The position numbers and the translations under genes are program-made. The notes beneath the pieces were generated by a model. The model had not been told where the DNA came from. It searched no databases and worked only from the letters and a program-made list of their open reading frames with translations. A stretch of 64,000 nucleotides of DNA, from the NCBI RefSeq assembly GCF_028641065.1, contig NC_073384.1:37944001-38008000 (forward strand), written 5' to 3'. Positions 61,736 through 64,000 of the stretch are shown here, piece by piece. Source of the stretch: Leucoraja erinacea (taxonomy: Eukaryota). Position 1 is the stretch's first letter; every line of letters begins with the position of its first letter.

Positions 61736-63344
61736 CTATTATGGCATAAACTACTGCAAATTCTGGAATGTGGCAAAAAAAAGGAGAGCTGCTGCTGGAA
61801 CTCAGTGGTTCAGGCAGTTCACTACATGTGATGGCAAGAAACAAATTAGAAGCATCTGAAACCAAAAAAAAAAGAGAGCTGGGTGGAGGGTGATAGGTGG
61901 GAACATAAATTGCTACATCTTTGTGAAAATGCTAATTTAATCCCTGTAGATTGATAGGAGAAAATGCAATTGATTTGTGCTACCCTACTGCCAGAGTAAG
62001 AGACAGCAGATTGACATGGGTTAATTTATCAATACAAATTGTAACTAATTCAGATTTATATCCTGTGACCCCACATGAGCCATTTGCAGTTTGAAAGATT
62101 TTATGTCAGTAACATTTTCTTTGTCATGCTGTTGGTGCGTTATTAATGTGCACCTTGTTTAAATATATTCCAAAATTCAGGAAGATTAACGAGAGTAATA
62201 TTTTTCATTTGTAGTTTAAATACATCTCTAATATAAGGATCATCAATAAATGACATAAATGTCTAACTAAATGATTAACCCTCTGAATGATTCAGTGTGG
62301 TCTATTCACCCGAGATTTCAAAGAACTGCATCTGCATTTGGTATTAAGTTCTCTTTATGTTTGCTAATTAGCAAACCGATCGTGAGATATTTTCCATGTG
62401 CAGATTACAACGGTAAAAATCAGAGGGAGCATGTTGAGCATGCAACATTAATTGAATTGCTTGAAAGAAACAGGCCCTTAGGCCTACCGAGTCCACGTCA
62501 ACCATTGATCACCTGTCTTTGGATTTTGGGAGGAAACCAAATCTGGAGGAAACCTACGCAGCCACAGGAAGAACATGCAGACTCCACGTGGAGGGCAAAT
62601 GAGGTCCGGGTAGCTGCAGCTTTACCAGATGCTCCACCTCTTACCTCCACCTTGTTTTCCCTAAACATTGCATGATAAAATATACTGCTGAAAATAAATA
62701 TCCTGGCCTACAATGGTATCCCATCCGGGATAGACAAGCTCACAGGCAATTATGCCAAGCAGAATGAGTTTGTGCTACCACACACATTACCGTTTGGACG
62801 GTGCTCAGCAAAGACTTCCAACACAAGCAGTTGGCATGCAACCACAAAAATATCCCCACATAGGCAATTGAGATTTCTTCTGACAGCTGCTGTGATGTAT
62901 GGGAGCAGAGTTACCAGCTGCTCCGAGACAAGGGATACCACTGACAACGTCGACTATAAGACGCAGGAGCAGAATTACGCAATTCGGTCCATCAAATCCA
63001 CACTATCACTCAATTGTGGCTGATCTATATTTCCCTCTCAAAGCCTTCCTTCTGCTTTCTTGCTGAAACCTTTGACCCTCTTACCAACATGACTGAGGAC
63101 ATTTCTGAGAAACCAAAGGAGTGATGCTGGAAACAATGCTATATCATTGATTGAGGTGTACAAAGATATGAGGGACAGAGACAGTAGGAAACATCCCCAT
63201 CAGTCAGGTCTCAATCTGGGTTTAAGGTAAGGGAGAACAAGTTTAGAGAAAATTTATTTCATCCAGATGGTTAGAATCTGAAGAACGATTAGCTCCAACC
63301 ACAACCCCTTTACTATGATTCACCCCCTCCAATATCTTTATCAA

Positions 63345-63640
63345 CGTGTTCCCGATGTTGGGGGAGTCCAGAACCAGGGGTCACAGTTTAAGAATAAGGA
63401 GTAAGCCATTTGGAACGGAGACGAGGAAACACTTTTCTCTGCCTCAGAGGGCGGTGGAGGCAGGTTCTCTGGATGCTTTCAAGAGATAGCTAGATAGAGC
63501 TCTTAAAGATAGTGGAGTCAGGGGATAGGGGGAGAAGGCAGGAACGGGGTACTGATTGGGGATGATCAGCCATGATCACATTGAATGGCGGTGCTGGCTC
63601 GAAGGGCCGAATGGCCTACTCCTGCACCTATTGTCTATTG
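63345..63640 (+). mobile_element. CR1 3' end
   Basis: Close match to 12210-12480; ATTGTCT tail. Confidence 0.85.
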
Positions 63641-63814
63641 TAACTTGGGTACCTTTACTCCCATGTTGAATCTTTACTCTTTTGTTGTATGTTAAGCCCC
63701 CCCCCCCCCCCCCCCGTAAATTTATATCTCCTCCTATCTTCCCTCCTTACCTATATCTTCTCCTCCATATCCCACCGCCCCCTGATCTTTCTCCCCATCA
63801 TGAGGACACCCAAG

Positions 63815-64000
63815 TCACCGCTTTCGCCCTCTAGTATATTTGCTTTCGCCTACAACAGGCGCGCCGCGGCGGGAGCGCGCACGCCGCTGCCCCACGCGAA
63901 ACTCGGCCGCTGAGACAGGACAGCGGGCGGGAGATGCCCCGGGACGGGGGTGCAGATTCCTCCGCACCGCTTGTGCCCGCCTATCTCCCATTGAATGACC
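63815..64000. promoter_or_regulatory. Start of a CpG island, probably the promoter of the next gene
   Basis: Abrupt rise in CpG/GC content; GC box GGGCGGG; not obviously repeated elsewhere in the window. Confidence 0.45.

Noticed and set aside
63815-64000. Naming the downstream gene (e.g. TULP4 by human synteny)
   Set aside because: No coding sequence in the window and local synteny is already rearranged

Overview
Vertebrate nuclear DNA, most likely a cartilaginous fish (skate/ray-type repeats: HE1-like V-SINEs, CR1, Penelope ends; taxon is inferred). Three spliced host genes can be built exon by exon. PGM3 (- strand) contributes four 5' coding exons at 1504-4043, with a probable non-coding exon 1/CpG promoter near 8413-8620. 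SERAC1 (+ strand) is complete: 16 coding exons at 17111-47522, 655 aa, one GC-AG intron. GTF2H5 (+ strand) has CDS at 52733-52767 and 54103-54283, 71 aa. A further CpG island starts at the right edge. The rest is nested transposable elements: a young BEL/Pao LTR element that keeps an intact gag but lacks RT and integrase; a young non-coding class I ERV with near-identical LTRs; a non-autonomous Helitron; THAP-containing fold-back elements; hAT, Tigger/MER47-like and Tc1 DNA transposons; CR1, L2, RTE, Rex1 and Penelope fragments. The most unusual observations are 38-bp and 12-bp perfect palindromes with 8-bp target-site duplications on either side of the SERAC1 first exon, hammerhead-ribozyme-like cores in the Penelope ends, and a SERAC1/GTF2H5/PGM3 arrangement different from human. 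All family names come from recognition, not database searches; repeat boundaries are approximate unless a TSD is quoted.
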